From positions 3,599 through 67,598 of the IMG/VR virus record IMGVR_UViG_3300037189_027540: a stretch of 64,000 nt of DNA, one strand, 5' to 3'. Every line of letters starts with the position of its first letter. Positions within the stretch are counted from its first letter, which is position 1. This document shows positions 47,881-57,521 of the stretch, in pieces. The DNA is from a virus. A model generated the notes under the pieces. The model was given only the letters and a program-made list of their open reading frames with translations. It ran no database searches and was not told where the DNA came from. A program made the position numbers and the translations under genes.

Positions 47881-48636
47881 ATGTCAGATAAGCAGTTATT
47901 TTTCACAGCTTCAACTGGCACGAAATTAAGATTTCCAAATTATTGGCGAATGTTTCTAAAGAGCCTCAAAGTAGCCCTTGATAACACGTCCTTCAAAGTA
48001 CATCTTGTATTCGATGGAAACACGCTGCTAGACGATATCCCGAAAGATGTGAACGTCATCCGATACCAACACAGGATGCTACATCGATTCGAACGCAGTC
48101 TGAGAAATAACCATTTAAAATGGCTCGACACCTGTCGTAGCACCTACCTTAAAACTGAAATTCCGTTTATAGCTCATAACCTTGGGTTTAGCAATAATGT
48201 GCTGTACGCCGACATCGATTGCTTTTTGTTACAAGACTTTGTTATAGGATATACAGGAAAACCGTTTTGGGCTGGGTCGGCCAAAAACACCGACAAGACA
48301 CATTTCTGTCCAGGGTTAATGATATATCATGTGGGCAAGATGCTAGAGTTTGACATTGAAATCTTAGACCATATAGACAAGCACCTTGAAGGCAATAATT
48401 CGTTTGACTTCGATGATCTGAATGCGATATTTCCGTTAGGATCGTACGGATTGTTGCCGCTAGAATATAACTGGAAGCCCGTGTGGGGAATCGATGCTAA
48501 TATTAAAGTGTTGCATTTCGCAGGCGCTAAGCCTAATTCGATCGAAGATAAGACAAGATTGCCGTTTGTTAGGCACTTGATAGACCCTAACCCAACCGCA
48601 TTCAATTACTATAGCGATTGGTTCGAAACACTTTAA
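47881..48636 (+). CDS. Glycosyltransferase, GT8-like
   Basis: 'STYLKTEIP', DxD 'VLYADID', 'LPLEYNWKP.W', 'VLHFAGAKP'. Confidence 0.8.
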   Translation: MSDKQLFFTASTGTKLRFPNYWRMFLKSLKVALDNTSFKVHLVFDGNTLLDDIPKDVNVIRYQHRMLHRFERSLRNNHLKWLDTCRSTYLKTEIPFIAHNLGFSNNVLYADIDCFLLQDFVIGYTGKPFWAGSAKNTDKTHFCPGLMIYHVGKMLEFDIEILDHIDKHLEGNNSFDFDDLNAIFPLGSYGLLPLEYNWKPVWGIDANIKVLHFAGAKPNSIEDKTRLPFVRHLIDPNPTAFNYYSDWFETL

Positions 48637-48646
48637 AATTGCGACG

Positions 48647-48970
48647 TTATACTGGCAGTGCGCTTACTGGTCCTGTGGGTGCTGACCGTGCTTCTGGTGG
48701 TGCTTGTTCTGCTGGTGGTAATGGCACTGGTTTTGAGTAGAATTGTGATAATATCTCATACTTGAAGTCGTCAGCTACTTTGCTCAATAATACAGAGCAA
48801 TCAAATGCCTGGCCTCGGAAAAAGATATTAGGTCTTGGGCTAGCGAAGTTTTTAGAAATTAGGACGGTTAGATCGAAACCGTATTTTTCTAGAAGCGGAC
48901 CTGCTTCTTTGAGGAATTCCTGGAATTTCTCATTCTGTTTTTGGATTTCAATTTCGGGGCTTTCTGCCAT
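48647..48970 (-). CDS. Hypothetical protein
   Basis: 107-aa ORF with a Pro-rich tail; GGAG RBS. Confidence 0.55.
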   Translation of the reverse strand: MAESPEIEIQKQNEKFQEFLKEAGPLLEKYGFDLTVLISKNFASPRPNIFFRGQAFDCSVLLSKVADDFKYEILSQFYSKPVPLPPAEQAPPEARSAPTGPVSALPV

Positions 48971-49568
48971 GAGAACTTCTCCGTTATCTGAAAGTCAAGA
49001 GATCCACGAATTATTTACATTGATGCAGGCTGTTTATGCATCTGAAAGAATAATCATCAGACAGCAACCTGACACACCTTTCGAAAAATCATATGCATAT
49101 CGGTACGTTAAGTCTCTTAATGATAGACTTAAATCTTGGGAATTTAATAAAGCGCAAACCGAATACTTCATTAAATTCGTAATAAGGTATGTGAAAAACA
49201 AAAAAATCGGCATTAAGGGTTTCAGTGTGTTCCATCAGAAGAATCTCCTAGAATCATGTCTTAAACAAGTGTTGACTGATTTAGAATCATTTAAGCGGTT
49301 TAGGAAGAATTATGCTTTACTGATGAAATGGCTTCGGGAGCAAGCTAGAGATACTGACTTAAAAACTATATTACTTAAGCGCGTTAATGGTCTTTCAAAT
49401 CTGCTCTTGTGGTACAAATCGAGTAGAATAACTGACGATATGCTAGCCGTATCGAAAGAGTTAATGGAATCACTTGATGGTTTGCCGCCAGCTGAACGTC
49501 AGTTACTGCCAAGCAATGTTCAGTTATTTCTTCTTCGTGGTAGATTAAAAGAACTCTCAAACGTATAG
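48969..49568 (+). CDS. Hypothetical protein upstream of nrdJ
   Basis: 3' part of ORF 48762..49568; the real start is probably at or after 'MRTSPLSE'. Confidence 0.55.
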   Translation: MRTSPLSESQEIHELFTLMQAVYASERIIIRQQPDTPFEKSYAYRYVKSLNDRLKSWEFNKAQTEYFIKFVIRYVKNKKIGIKGFSVFHQKNLLESCLKQVLTDLESFKRFRKNYALLMKWLREQARDTDLKTILLKRVNGLSNLLLWYKSSRITDDMLAVSKELMESLDGLPPAERQLLPSNVQLFLLRGRLKELSNV

Positions 49569-49570
49569 GA

Positions 49571-52500
49571 GTGGCTATGTTAGGTGTGTCAAAAGCGATC
49601 AACCCACGCGATTATTTTAGCCTTGATGTAAAATTCCTTAAGCAATACGAGGCTAAAAAGCCTAACTTCGGATTCAATGGATTGGGTGAACTTGTATTTT
49701 TCAGGACTTATTCTCGCCTTAAACCAGATGGGTCGAAAGAATCATTCTTTGATTGCATCAAGCGTGTTGTAGAAGGATGCTACGAAATACAACGGCGCCA
49801 TTGCGTTTCTTTGCACATCCCATGGAACTTTAAAAAAGCGCAAGAAAGCGCCCAAGAGATGTTTCAGAGGATGTGGGACTTCAAATTCTTACCTCCTGGC
49901 CGCGGACTTTGGATGATGGGCACGGACTTCATGTGGTCTAGACTTGGCGCCGCATTGAATAATTGCTTCGATGGTAAGACAGAGATCATTACTAGAGATG
50001 GTGTTAAACAAATCGGATTGCTGGTAGGCACCGAACAGGAGTTGTTGACTACTGGTGGTAAATGGGTGAAAGCACCAATTAAATCATTTGGTGTACAGGA
50101 ATTATATAAACTGACGCTAGAGCGGGCTGGCGTCCAGAAGATTATCTATACTACTGCGGGCCATCGTTGGTTCGCTAAAGATTTACGTAAAACGCAAACT
50201 GTCGCTATTGAAGATACGTCTGGTGTAATTGTTAAAAAGCGACAGCATATTGGCTATAAAGAAGTAACAACAGTCAACCTGACTGAACATCATATAATGC
50301 AATCTGTGTATGGCAGTGGTGTCAATGGCAACGTCAGACCTAGTGCTTTTGGTGTTGCGCATGGCATTGCCTATGGTGATGGCACAACTGGTCAAGATTC
50401 TGAATCGTGTGGCACTTATCTCTATCTGTGTGGACATAAAAATGAGGAATTATTAGAATATTTCCCCAATTGCCCTACTTCGTTCGATAAGGAAAAGGGC
50501 GTTGAAGGGGCAGTTAGAGTAGCTGACTTGCCTAGATTTTTCAGGCGGAAACCGTCTCTACGTGAATCTAAGAGCTATTTATATGGATGGTTGGCTGGAT
50601 ATTTTGCAGCTGACGGCACCATCAACACTAAGGGCAATCAGATATGCATAGCTAGTAGCGAATACGATAACATGTTATTAGTGCGTGATGTTTGTGCTGT
50701 TCTTGGCATAGGCACATATTCAATAGTCCAGACTACGCAAACAGTTACCCATGATGGCATCAAGAAAAAATTCATAGGATATAAAATTGGTATTATGCCG
50801 ATCCATCTTAATGAAGACTTCTTTTTGCTTTCTGAGCATAAGAAGCGGTTTTTAGATCATCGTAGCCATCGCGATAGGCCATTATACAAGTGGCATGTTA
50901 AGTCTGTTGAACAGACTGGTGAATTTGCCGAAGTTTATTGTCCGCAAGTCCCAGATACACAGGCTTTTGCACTTGCAGATAACATATTAACTGGCAATTG
51001 TGCATTTATCAGCACTGATGATACCATAGAAGCCGATCCAGCAGAGCCATTCTGTTTTTTGATGGATATGGCGATGCTAGGTGTTGGAGTGGGTTTCGAT
51101 ACTAAAGGTAAAGACAGGATCGCTATAAAGAATCCATCTGCTAAAACCGTGGGATATCAAATAGAAGACTCACGTGAAGGTTGGGTAGAGTCATTAAGGA
51201 TGCTATTGCATTCTTACACGCTTAAGTATAAAGATGGTAAAGTAAAATTCGATTATTCGCTGATTAGACCAAAAGGTAGCCCCATCAATGGATTCGGTGG
51301 CACTGCAGCTGGTTCTGGGATCTTGGTGGAGCTGCACAACGCAGTTATCGCATTATTAGATAGCCGAGTCGGTAAAAAACTATCTAGCGTCGATATTACC
51401 GACATCATGAACATCATTGGTAAATGTGTTGTTGCTGGCAATGTTAGGCGTTGTTTGCCTAAAGGCACATTGGTCCACTTAAAAAGAGGTTTAACACCAA
51501 TCGAACAGGTGAGGGTTGGCGATTTAGTGTTAACAGCTGATGGATATTATCCAGTCATTGAGAATGTTAAACAGGGCGTTCAGCGGGTTGTTACTATTAA
51601 AAATCAGATGGGTAAGTTCAGATGTACTGATCGACACCGCATTGCTATTATGTCTGGTGTTGGAAAATATGAGTGGAAGCGCGCCAAAGAACTAGTTAAA
51701 GATGATAGGATGGTGTTTGTAGATGCGATAATTCCAGGCGTCACAACTGCACTGCCTAGCGACACCGATGCGTCAACACGCGGTAACCAAATGATCGTGC
51801 CTAATCTAACAACCGATGTGGCGTGGTTTATTGGCGCTATCCATGGTGATGGTTATGTGTATGATGGACGAGCATACAAAGGTCGTAAACACCACGGTTC
51901 GTCTGTCTCCATCTCTGTGAATAGAGATGAATACCATGATGGGATGATCGAAAAAATAAGTACTGGCTTCGCAATGTTTGGATTTACTGCTAGAGAGCAG
52001 TCAAGCCATGATAATAGCCACAAATTACGAGTGACGTCACGAAAATTAGCGTCGTATTTTCACAAAAATTTAAAGACTGCTAAGACACCTCTAGACGTGC
52101 CAGAATTCATTTTGTGTGGTATGCCAGAGATCAGAGCTGCATATTTGGCTGGACTGCTAGATACGGATGGATCTACCAAAAATAGACCTACTGTATTACT
52201 GGCCAGCGTTTATGCCAAATTCATTAAGCAAGTGCAAGCGGTGTATTCAAGCCTTGGAATACCTACAAAGTGTGTGCTTAGAGCTGAAGAAGATGGCACT
52301 AACCAAGCTAAATGGGAATTACATTTGGTTGGTGAAATGGCGATTTCAAAGTTCAATGAACTTGTTCAACAATATGCTGTTAAGCAATTGCGTGTAATGA
52401 CTGGATATAGTGGCCATGACTATGGATTTCCTTCAGCATGGGTTTACAAGAGCACCATCGATTATGGTCGTTCATGGAGTCCGCAGCAAGCACAAATGTC

Positions 52501-53962
52501 ATATAACAGAGCATGTCTATGTGATGCAGAGACAAATGATTTAGTGCCTATAGCTGTAGAAGCTGTAATTGATGAAAGCATCGAAGTCGAGACTTATGAT
52601 CTATCGGTCCCAGGCAGGAATGAATTCGTTGCTGAGGGCATGCTTGTGCATAACACAGCGGAAATCGCCTTCGGTAGCCCTGATGATACTGAATATAGTA
52701 ACATGAAAAATGTCACCGCTGGCTTAACTGAAACTGAAAGAAATGAATTCTTCAATGTCACAAATGGTCTGTATAGCAAATCTCGTAGCCATGCTACTAT
52801 CGATGATTTCACGGGAACTACTATCTCAGCCGATAAATTAAACAGAGCTATAGAAACCTGGAACGCGCTTAACAGCTACAGATGGGCATCCAACAATAGC
52901 GTGTCCGCTGAAGTTGGTATGGATTATTCGAAATTCGGTGAGCAGATTGCTGCCAATGGCGAACCAGGGTTTATCTGGCTCCAAAATATGCGAGATTATG
53001 GCCGCATGAAAGATGGGCATACTCCTGGTATTGATGGGCGAGTTGCCGGAAGCAACCCTTGCGTCGAGCAATCGCTAGAATCTTCTGAGTTATGTTGCTT
53101 GGTTGAGACATTCCCAGCCAGACATGATGATGCAGCGGATTTCATGCGCACATTGAAATTCGCATACCTGTATGCTAAAACCGTTACCTTGCTGCCTACC
53201 CATAATGTCCGCACCAATCAAGTGATGTTACGTAATCGTCGCATAGGCCTATCACAATCAGGTATAGTGCAAGCTTTTGCTAAATTCGGTAGACGTGCTG
53301 TTTTGAGTGATTTTTGTGACGCAGGCTATAGTGAGATCGATAGTTGGGACATGATCTATTCAGAATGGTTATGTGTGCCTAAGAGCATCAAGAAGACCAG
53401 CATCAAGCCTAGTGGTTCGGTGTCGCTCTTAGCTGGAGCCACACCTGGCATCCACTACCCAGAAGCTACAACTTATTGGAGAACTGTACGTGTAGCCAAG
53501 GATAACATACTTGTTAAGATCCTCCAAAAGGCAGGATATAGGGTAGAACCTAGTGTGACTGATAGTCGTACTATGGTAGTATATTTCGCTATCAGCGATA
53601 GATCTGTTAAAGCGGTAAATGAGGTGAGTATGCTGGAGCAACTGGAAAATTGTGCTGCTTACCAACATTATTGGGCAGATAATCAAGTTAGTTGCACAGT
53701 TAAGTTTAAGAAGCATGAAGCTAAAGACATCGCTTCAGCTCTAGAATTATATGAAGACCAACTGAAGGGCATTAGCTTCTTGCCTTATTTCGAACACAAC
53801 TATCCACAAGCACCATATATCCCTTGTGCGCCACAGGAGGTCGATGAATATAATAGTAGCATTAAAGAAGTGGACTATACTGATTACATAATGGAAGCTG
53901 CTGGTAGCAACTATTGCGAAAATGACACGTGTGAATTGAAGACTGAAACAGCGGCCCAATAA
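49571..53962 (+). CDS. nrdJ: Class II (adenosylcobalamin-dependent, monomeric RTPR-type) ribonucleotide reductase with two inteins
   Basis: 'VFFRTYSR', 'PPGRGLW', 'ALNN|CAF', 'GVGVGFDT', 'GNVRR|TAEI', 'GEPG', 'NPCVEQ.L...ELCCLVE', 'RRIGLS', 'TSIKPSGSVSLLAG', C-terminal 'YCENDTC'. The spliced protein would be about 717 aa. Confidence 0.95.
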   Translation: MAMLGVSKAINPRDYFSLDVKFLKQYEAKKPNFGFNGLGELVFFRTYSRLKPDGSKESFFDCIKRVVEGCYEIQRRHCVSLHIPWNFKKAQESAQEMFQRMWDFKFLPPGRGLWMMGTDFMWSRLGAALNNCFDGKTEIITRDGVKQIGLLVGTEQELLTTGGKWVKAPIKSFGVQELYKLTLERAGVQKIIYTTAGHRWFAKDLRKTQTVAIEDTSGVIVKKRQHIGYKEVTTVNLTEHHIMQSVYGSGVNGNVRPSAFGVAHGIAYGDGTTGQDSESCGTYLYLCGHKNEELLEYFPNCPTSFDKEKGVEGAVRVADLPRFFRRKPSLRESKSYLYGWLAGYFAADGTINTKGNQICIASSEYDNMLLVRDVCAVLGIGTYSIVQTTQTVTHDGIKKKFIGYKIGIMPIHLNEDFFLLSEHKKRFLDHRSHRDRPLYKWHVKSVEQTGEFAEVYCPQVPDTQAFALADNILTGNCAFISTDDTIEADPAEPFCFLMDMAMLGVGVGFDTKGKDRIAIKNPSAKTVGYQIEDSREGWVESLRMLLHSYTLKYKDGKVKFDYSLIRPKGSPINGFGGTAAGSGILVELHNAVIALLDSRVGKKLSSVDITDIMNIIGKCVVAGNVRRCLPKGTLVHLKRGLTPIEQVRVGDLVLTADGYYPVIENVKQGVQRVVTIKNQMGKFRCTDRHRIAIMSGVGKYEWKRAKELVKDDRMVFVDAIIPGVTTALPSDTDASTRGNQMIVPNLTTDVAWFIGAIHGDGYVYDGRAYKGRKHHGSSVSISVNRDEYHDGMIEKISTGFAMFGFTAREQSSHDNSHKLRVTSRKLASYFHKNLKTAKTPLDVPEFILCGMPEIRAAYLAGLLDTDGSTKNRPTVLLASVYAKFIKQVQAVYSSLGIPTKCVLRAEEDGTNQAKWELHLVGEMAISKFNELVQQYAVKQLRVMTGYSGHDYGFPSAWVYKSTIDYGRSWSPQQAQMSYNRACLCDAETNDLVPIAVEAVIDESIEVETYDLSVPGRNEFVAEGMLVHNTAEIAFGSPDDTEYSNMKNVTAGLTETERNEFFNVTNGLYSKSRSHATIDDFTGTTISADKLNRAIETWNALNSYRWASNNSVSAEVGMDYSKFGEQIAANGEPGFIWLQNMRDYGRMKDGHTPGIDGRVAGSNPCVEQSLESSELCCLVETFPARHDDAADFMRTLKFAYLYAKTVTLLPTHNVRTNQVMLRNRRIGLSQSGIVQAFAKFGRRAVLSDFCDAGYSEIDSWDMIYSEWLCVPKSIKKTSIKPSGSVSLLAGATPGIHYPEATTYWRTVRVAKDNILVKILQKAGYRVEPSVTDSRTMVVYFAISDRSVKAVNEVSMLEQLENCAAYQHYWADNQVSCTVKFKKHEAKDIASALELYEDQLKGISFLPYFEHNYPQAPYIPCAPQEVDEYNSSIKEVDYTDYIMEAAGSNYCENDTCELKTETAAQ
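49964..50998 (+). mobile_element. Intein 1 in nrdJ (345 aa) with LAGLIDADG homing endonuclease
   Basis: Starts 'CFDGKTEIITRDG', block B 'TAGHRW', LAGLIDADG-like 'HGIAYGDG' and 'WLAGYFAADG', ends 'FALADNILTGN' before the +1 Cys. Confidence 0.92.
51452..52654 (+). mobile_element. Intein 2 in nrdJ (401 aa) with LAGLIDADG homing endonuclease
   Basis: Starts 'CLPKGTLVH', block B 'CTDRHRI', 'FIGAIHGDG' and 'YLAGLLDTDG', ends 'TYDLSV...FVAEGMLVHN' before the +1 Thr. Confidence 0.95.
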
Positions 53963-53969
53963 TGAAGGT

Positions 53970-54001
53970 ATGGCCCCCCTGCTGCTCTGCAGGGGGGCCA
54001 T
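53970..54001 (+). terminator. GC-rich hairpin after nrdJ (intrinsic terminator candidate)
   Basis: ATGGCCCCCCTGC-tgctct-GCAGGGGGGCCAT, a 13-bp stem followed by the weakly U-rich TGTATT. Confidence 0.75.
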
Positions 54002-54015
54002 TGTATTGATGTAAT

Positions 54016-54246
54016 ATGAGATTTACGGAAGCTGAAACATACGACTTATATGTAGCATATCTAGAACCTATGTTACGTGAACAATACGGCCATCAATGCT
54101 TTAGTTACCAATACGACTTCAGTGGCGCCTATGTTTTGTTTCCTTATTTCGACATATCATTCGACGCAATCGACTTCGCAAGCCCGGAGGCAAGCTTAGC
54201 TTCCATCAGGCATAAAGAAGAAATAGCGTCAATCCTCTACATCTAA
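54016..54246 (+). CDS. Hypothetical protein
   Basis: 76-aa ORF on the coding strand of the operon. Confidence 0.45.
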   Translation: MRFTEAETYDLYVAYLEPMLREQYGHQCFSYQYDFSGAYVLFPYFDISFDAIDFASPEASLASIRHKEEIASILYI

Positions 54247-54264
54247 ACATTAAGCGAAAGAACA

Positions 54265-54492
54265 ATGGAAACAATCCAGTCTAAACTCGACATCCAATCT
54301 ATCTTGCAAAAGTTAGATGAAAAACAGAATGAACCAGTGGACATGGTGATTACTACAAATGAAGGGGAGTCATTTTACTTTTCAGCCAAGCTTGATATAA
54401 TGTTCGGCAGAAAGGCCACAGAGGAGCTTGAGTCTAGGTATTTAATAGTGGAGATCATAGGCGACGGAACATATACTCAAAACGTGGAATAG
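54265..54492 (+). CDS. Hypothetical protein
   Basis: 75-aa ORF directly upstream of the helicase. Confidence 0.55.
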   Translation: METIQSKLDIQSILQKLDEKQNEPVDMVITTNEGESFYFSAKLDIMFGRKATEELESRYLIVEIIGDGTYTQNVE

Positions 54493-54498
54493 AGTCAA

Positions 54499-56079
54499 AT
54501 GCGGGCTATCATCGTCGATAACAAATGGGTTTATTTCGACAACGTAACCGTGTCAGAAGAAGAGATCTTGTGGAATGAGTTCAGCGTCTCCAGACCGAAT
54601 GCTTACATTGATCCTAACCAGATGTCTCAATGGGATGGGGTATTTCGTAAGTATAATAGGGCTAAGAAAAGGGTCGCATTTCCGTTTCTGGGTAAAGTGA
54701 AAAAGCTTGCGGCGAAGCATGGCTTTCCGTTAGACATTGACGACCAGAGGAATTTAGAACGCAAGCTGTTCAAGATCGGTCATGACCATTTACCTGGGAT
54801 TAAGCTAGAGCAGTACCAAATCGAAGCGACGGAAGCCGCGCTGAATGCAGAATGTGGCGTAATCAACGTACCAACCGGTGGTGGCAAAGGTGAATTGGTT
54901 TGCGCTATCGTCAAAGCGCTAGATTGTACTACTGTCATTTTGGCCGACCAAACGATCGTAGTTGATCAATTGAAAGCACGGCTAGAACTACGTGAGGTAT
55001 CGGACACCGTTGGTATGTTCTATGCAGGTAAGAGGCCAAACGGAGAGACAGTAGTCGTTGGATCTATCCAATCTCTAACAAAGGTAAGCAAACCTCCTCA
55101 GCCGCCGTCAAAAGCTCATTGCGAGGATGAAGATGAATATAATCGCAAGGTTAAGCAATGGGAAAGATCTTATAAAGGATTTAAGACTCGGCAAAAAACC
55201 GCTAAATCGTTGCTTCAATATGTTGAAAAAGCAGACTGCCTAATAGTAGATGAGGCAGATAGAGCAGTTAGTGACCCATGGAAAGTTTTATTCAGGTCGC
55301 ACTTCAAGGGGAGCAGACGCTATGGATTTAGCGGAACTCCGACCGATCCGGCTAAGCCCGTAGAAGCTATGGTTCTTGAAGAACATCTAGGCCCTATAAT
55401 CTATACAGCGGAACGCAAGAAGTTGACTGAATTGGGACGAATTATACCATGCAAATACTATAGCATGTGTTTTGGCTTAGATGGAAGCATTAAGAACAGT
55501 ACCACTTACGATCAAGCTTATAATGAATTCATGGTGGAAAATAACGCTTTTCATAATGACATCTTGAAGTTAACGACAGCGATCCTAAAACGTAACAGCA
55601 CAGATGGAGTGTTAATTTTAGTGGAGCGCGAGGCTTTAGGCAACAACTTATTAGCATTGTTTAAAGCCAATGAAATTGACACAGAGTTTATCTTCGGTAA
55701 AACTAACCACAAGCAACGGAAGATAGCGCTCAGCAGATTTGAGCAACGTGAGATCAGGGTTATTATAGGCGGTAAAATACTGAATCGTGGCCTAGACTTA
55801 AAAGGCGGTACTGAACACTTGATATTAGCTACTGGAGGTAAGCTAGCCACGGATTTCATTCAAAAGGTCGGCCGTGCGGTTCGACTTAATTCGGTAGGCA
55901 GCAGCAAAATCTACGATTTTTATTTCCGGTGTAATAAATACCTATATCAACATTCAAAAGCTCGATTAAAAGCTATTGTTGACATGGGTTACGAATCAAT
56001 AGTTGCATTTCCTGGTGGTACGATCGATGGAAGCGAACTCATCAGAAGAAGATTCAGTTTTAAATTTAAGTCCAAGTGA
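54499..56079 (+). CDS. uvsW: SF2 DNA helicase, T4 UvsW-like
   Basis: Q motif 'LEQYQ', Walker A 'PTGGGKG', 'IVDEAD', 'RYGFSGTP', 'RGLD', 'IQKVGRAVR', 'IYDF'. Confidence 0.85.
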   Translation: MRAIIVDNKWVYFDNVTVSEEEILWNEFSVSRPNAYIDPNQMSQWDGVFRKYNRAKKRVAFPFLGKVKKLAAKHGFPLDIDDQRNLERKLFKIGHDHLPGIKLEQYQIEATEAALNAECGVINVPTGGGKGELVCAIVKALDCTTVILADQTIVVDQLKARLELREVSDTVGMFYAGKRPNGETVVVGSIQSLTKVSKPPQPPSKAHCEDEDEYNRKVKQWERSYKGFKTRQKTAKSLLQYVEKADCLIVDEADRAVSDPWKVLFRSHFKGSRRYGFSGTPTDPAKPVEAMVLEEHLGPIIYTAERKKLTELGRIIPCKYYSMCFGLDGSIKNSTTYDQAYNEFMVENNAFHNDILKLTTAILKRNSTDGVLILVEREALGNNLLALFKANEIDTEFIFGKTNHKQRKIALSRFEQREIRVIIGGKILNRGLDLKGGTEHLILATGGKLATDFIQKVGRAVRLNSVGSSKIYDFYFRCNKYLYQHSKARLKAIVDMGYESIVAFPGGTIDGSELIRRRFSFKFKSK

Positions 56080-56086
56080 AGTACCG

Positions 56087-56971
56087 ATGCGACGTCACTA
56101 TTTCAAAAACGAAATAGTGGAGTGGGAGCTAACTCAATACTTGTGGACAGGTTGTACTAGCGTAGCTCTCAGAGATAGAATCATGGCTAATGCGTCTGAA
56201 TTGATCAGACAGGTCATTAGGAAGCAAGGACTACATCAGATATATCCTGGTCAAGACGATAGCAGCTTCGGTGATCTGTTAACCACTGGCTGGATGCAGA
56301 TAGAAAAAACACTGTATAAATACAGAGCTAGGCCTCACTGTCGTAAGTGTTTTCATCTTGACCGGCCAAATGATAGTATAATCTATGATCCGGGCACTAA
56401 AGAGTATGGTATAAAGACGCTCTATCAGGTCTTCAAGGAATTCAAGCGTTGTAAGAAGTGTAGCACCAGGCTACATTACGAACCTATTATTGAACCAGTG
56501 CAAGGCTTATTCGGCGGGTCTGACACAATACTATTTCGCGGGATGAGCAAAGTCTTTAATATGTGGAGTCAGATATCAAGGACGGTGATCTTAGCTTACA
56601 TTAAGAAAGAAGGGCGTGATCGTAAAAACTCTCACTCTTATATCAATCACCTTAATAATAAATCCAAGCCATTAAATGATGTGTTGTTTCGGTTCGTGCA
56701 GGAAGCCCGTCAGGTTTGCATGTATAACAAGGAATATCTTGCTATTATCGATGCGCTTGAATATCTGGTCTTACATGATTTTAAACCATATGATGGTTTA
56801 ATTGGTAAGTTGATGGAGCGTTCTAAATTAAACCGAGCAACCGTCGCTGGTTTTCTAAGATTTGTGAAGTTAAACAGCTTCGATTTTACTGATTCGCCAA
56901 TCAATAGGACTATTAAAGACTTTAAGCTGGATCGGCGTGGGGATGCTAAAGACGCTGAAGATGAATCATAG
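56087..56971 (+). CDS. Putative gp55-like late-transcription sigma factor with a Zn-ribbon insertion
   Basis: N-terminal 'HYFKN' and 'KVFNMWSQISRTVILAYIKKE' resemble the gp55 HY.NN and F.Y.TQI....F...IKKE motifs. CRKC...CKKC is inserted between them, and the gene lies upstream of the terminase. Confidence 0.55.
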   Translation: MRRHYFKNEIVEWELTQYLWTGCTSVALRDRIMANASELIRQVIRKQGLHQIYPGQDDSSFGDLLTTGWMQIEKTLYKYRARPHCRKCFHLDRPNDSIIYDPGTKEYGIKTLYQVFKEFKRCKKCSTRLHYEPIIEPVQGLFGGSDTILFRGMSKVFNMWSQISRTVILAYIKKEGRDRKNSHSYINHLNNKSKPLNDVLFRFVQEARQVCMYNKEYLAIIDALEYLVLHDFKPYDGLIGKLMERSKLNRATVAGFLRFVKLNSFDFTDSPINRTIKDFKLDRRGDAKDAEDES

Positions 56972-57521
56972 AAAATATACAGTGGTAAGGAGTGCTCCCA
57001 TGTCAGATCACTGGATTGAGTCGAAAATAGACACTGGCAAGTGTACAACTAGCGACATTGACGCTTTAATCTCTGAATCTTTAGAGAAAGCGATCAAGGA
57101 CCGCATTAATAGCAGAACGGTTGTTTCAGCGCCAGAGACCAACCATAAAGATAATGCTACTGGCCACAATGCTTTAAGCACTGGCGGAATTGCCGTTGGT
57201 CGACGGATTTTGCCGTCTCGTAAGCCGATCCACAAAATGTCGCATGGTAGATCGAAGCATGCACACGATAAGAGCACCAAGACTCAACGTGAGAATGCAG
57301 CGAAAGCACGTGGAGAGAGCATGGGTTCTAGGCGTATCAAAATACCTCTTATGTGCGCTATAGAATCGATTAAAGCGATTCGTAAAACTGGTAACATGCG
57401 CCTATTGCACGAAATGGCGCAGGAAGAGCCGATAGCCCAGATATTAAGAGAGCTAGCAGTAAGTGAAAACGATAATTATTATTTGAAGGCCGTTTTTGGC
57501 AACGAACATTTCGGTGACTGA
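56937..57521 (+). CDS. Hypothetical basic protein (start probably ATG 57000)
   Basis: AAGGAG RBS before ATG 57000; K/R-rich central region. Confidence 0.55.
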   Translation: MGMLKTLKMNHRKYTVVRSAPMSDHWIESKIDTGKCTTSDIDALISESLEKAIKDRINSRTVVSAPETNHKDNATGHNALSTGGIAVGRRILPSRKPIHKMSHGRSKHAHDKSTKTQRENAAKARGESMGSRRIKIPLMCAIESIKAIRKTGNMRLLHEMAQEEPIAQILRELAVSENDNYYLKAVFGNEHFGD

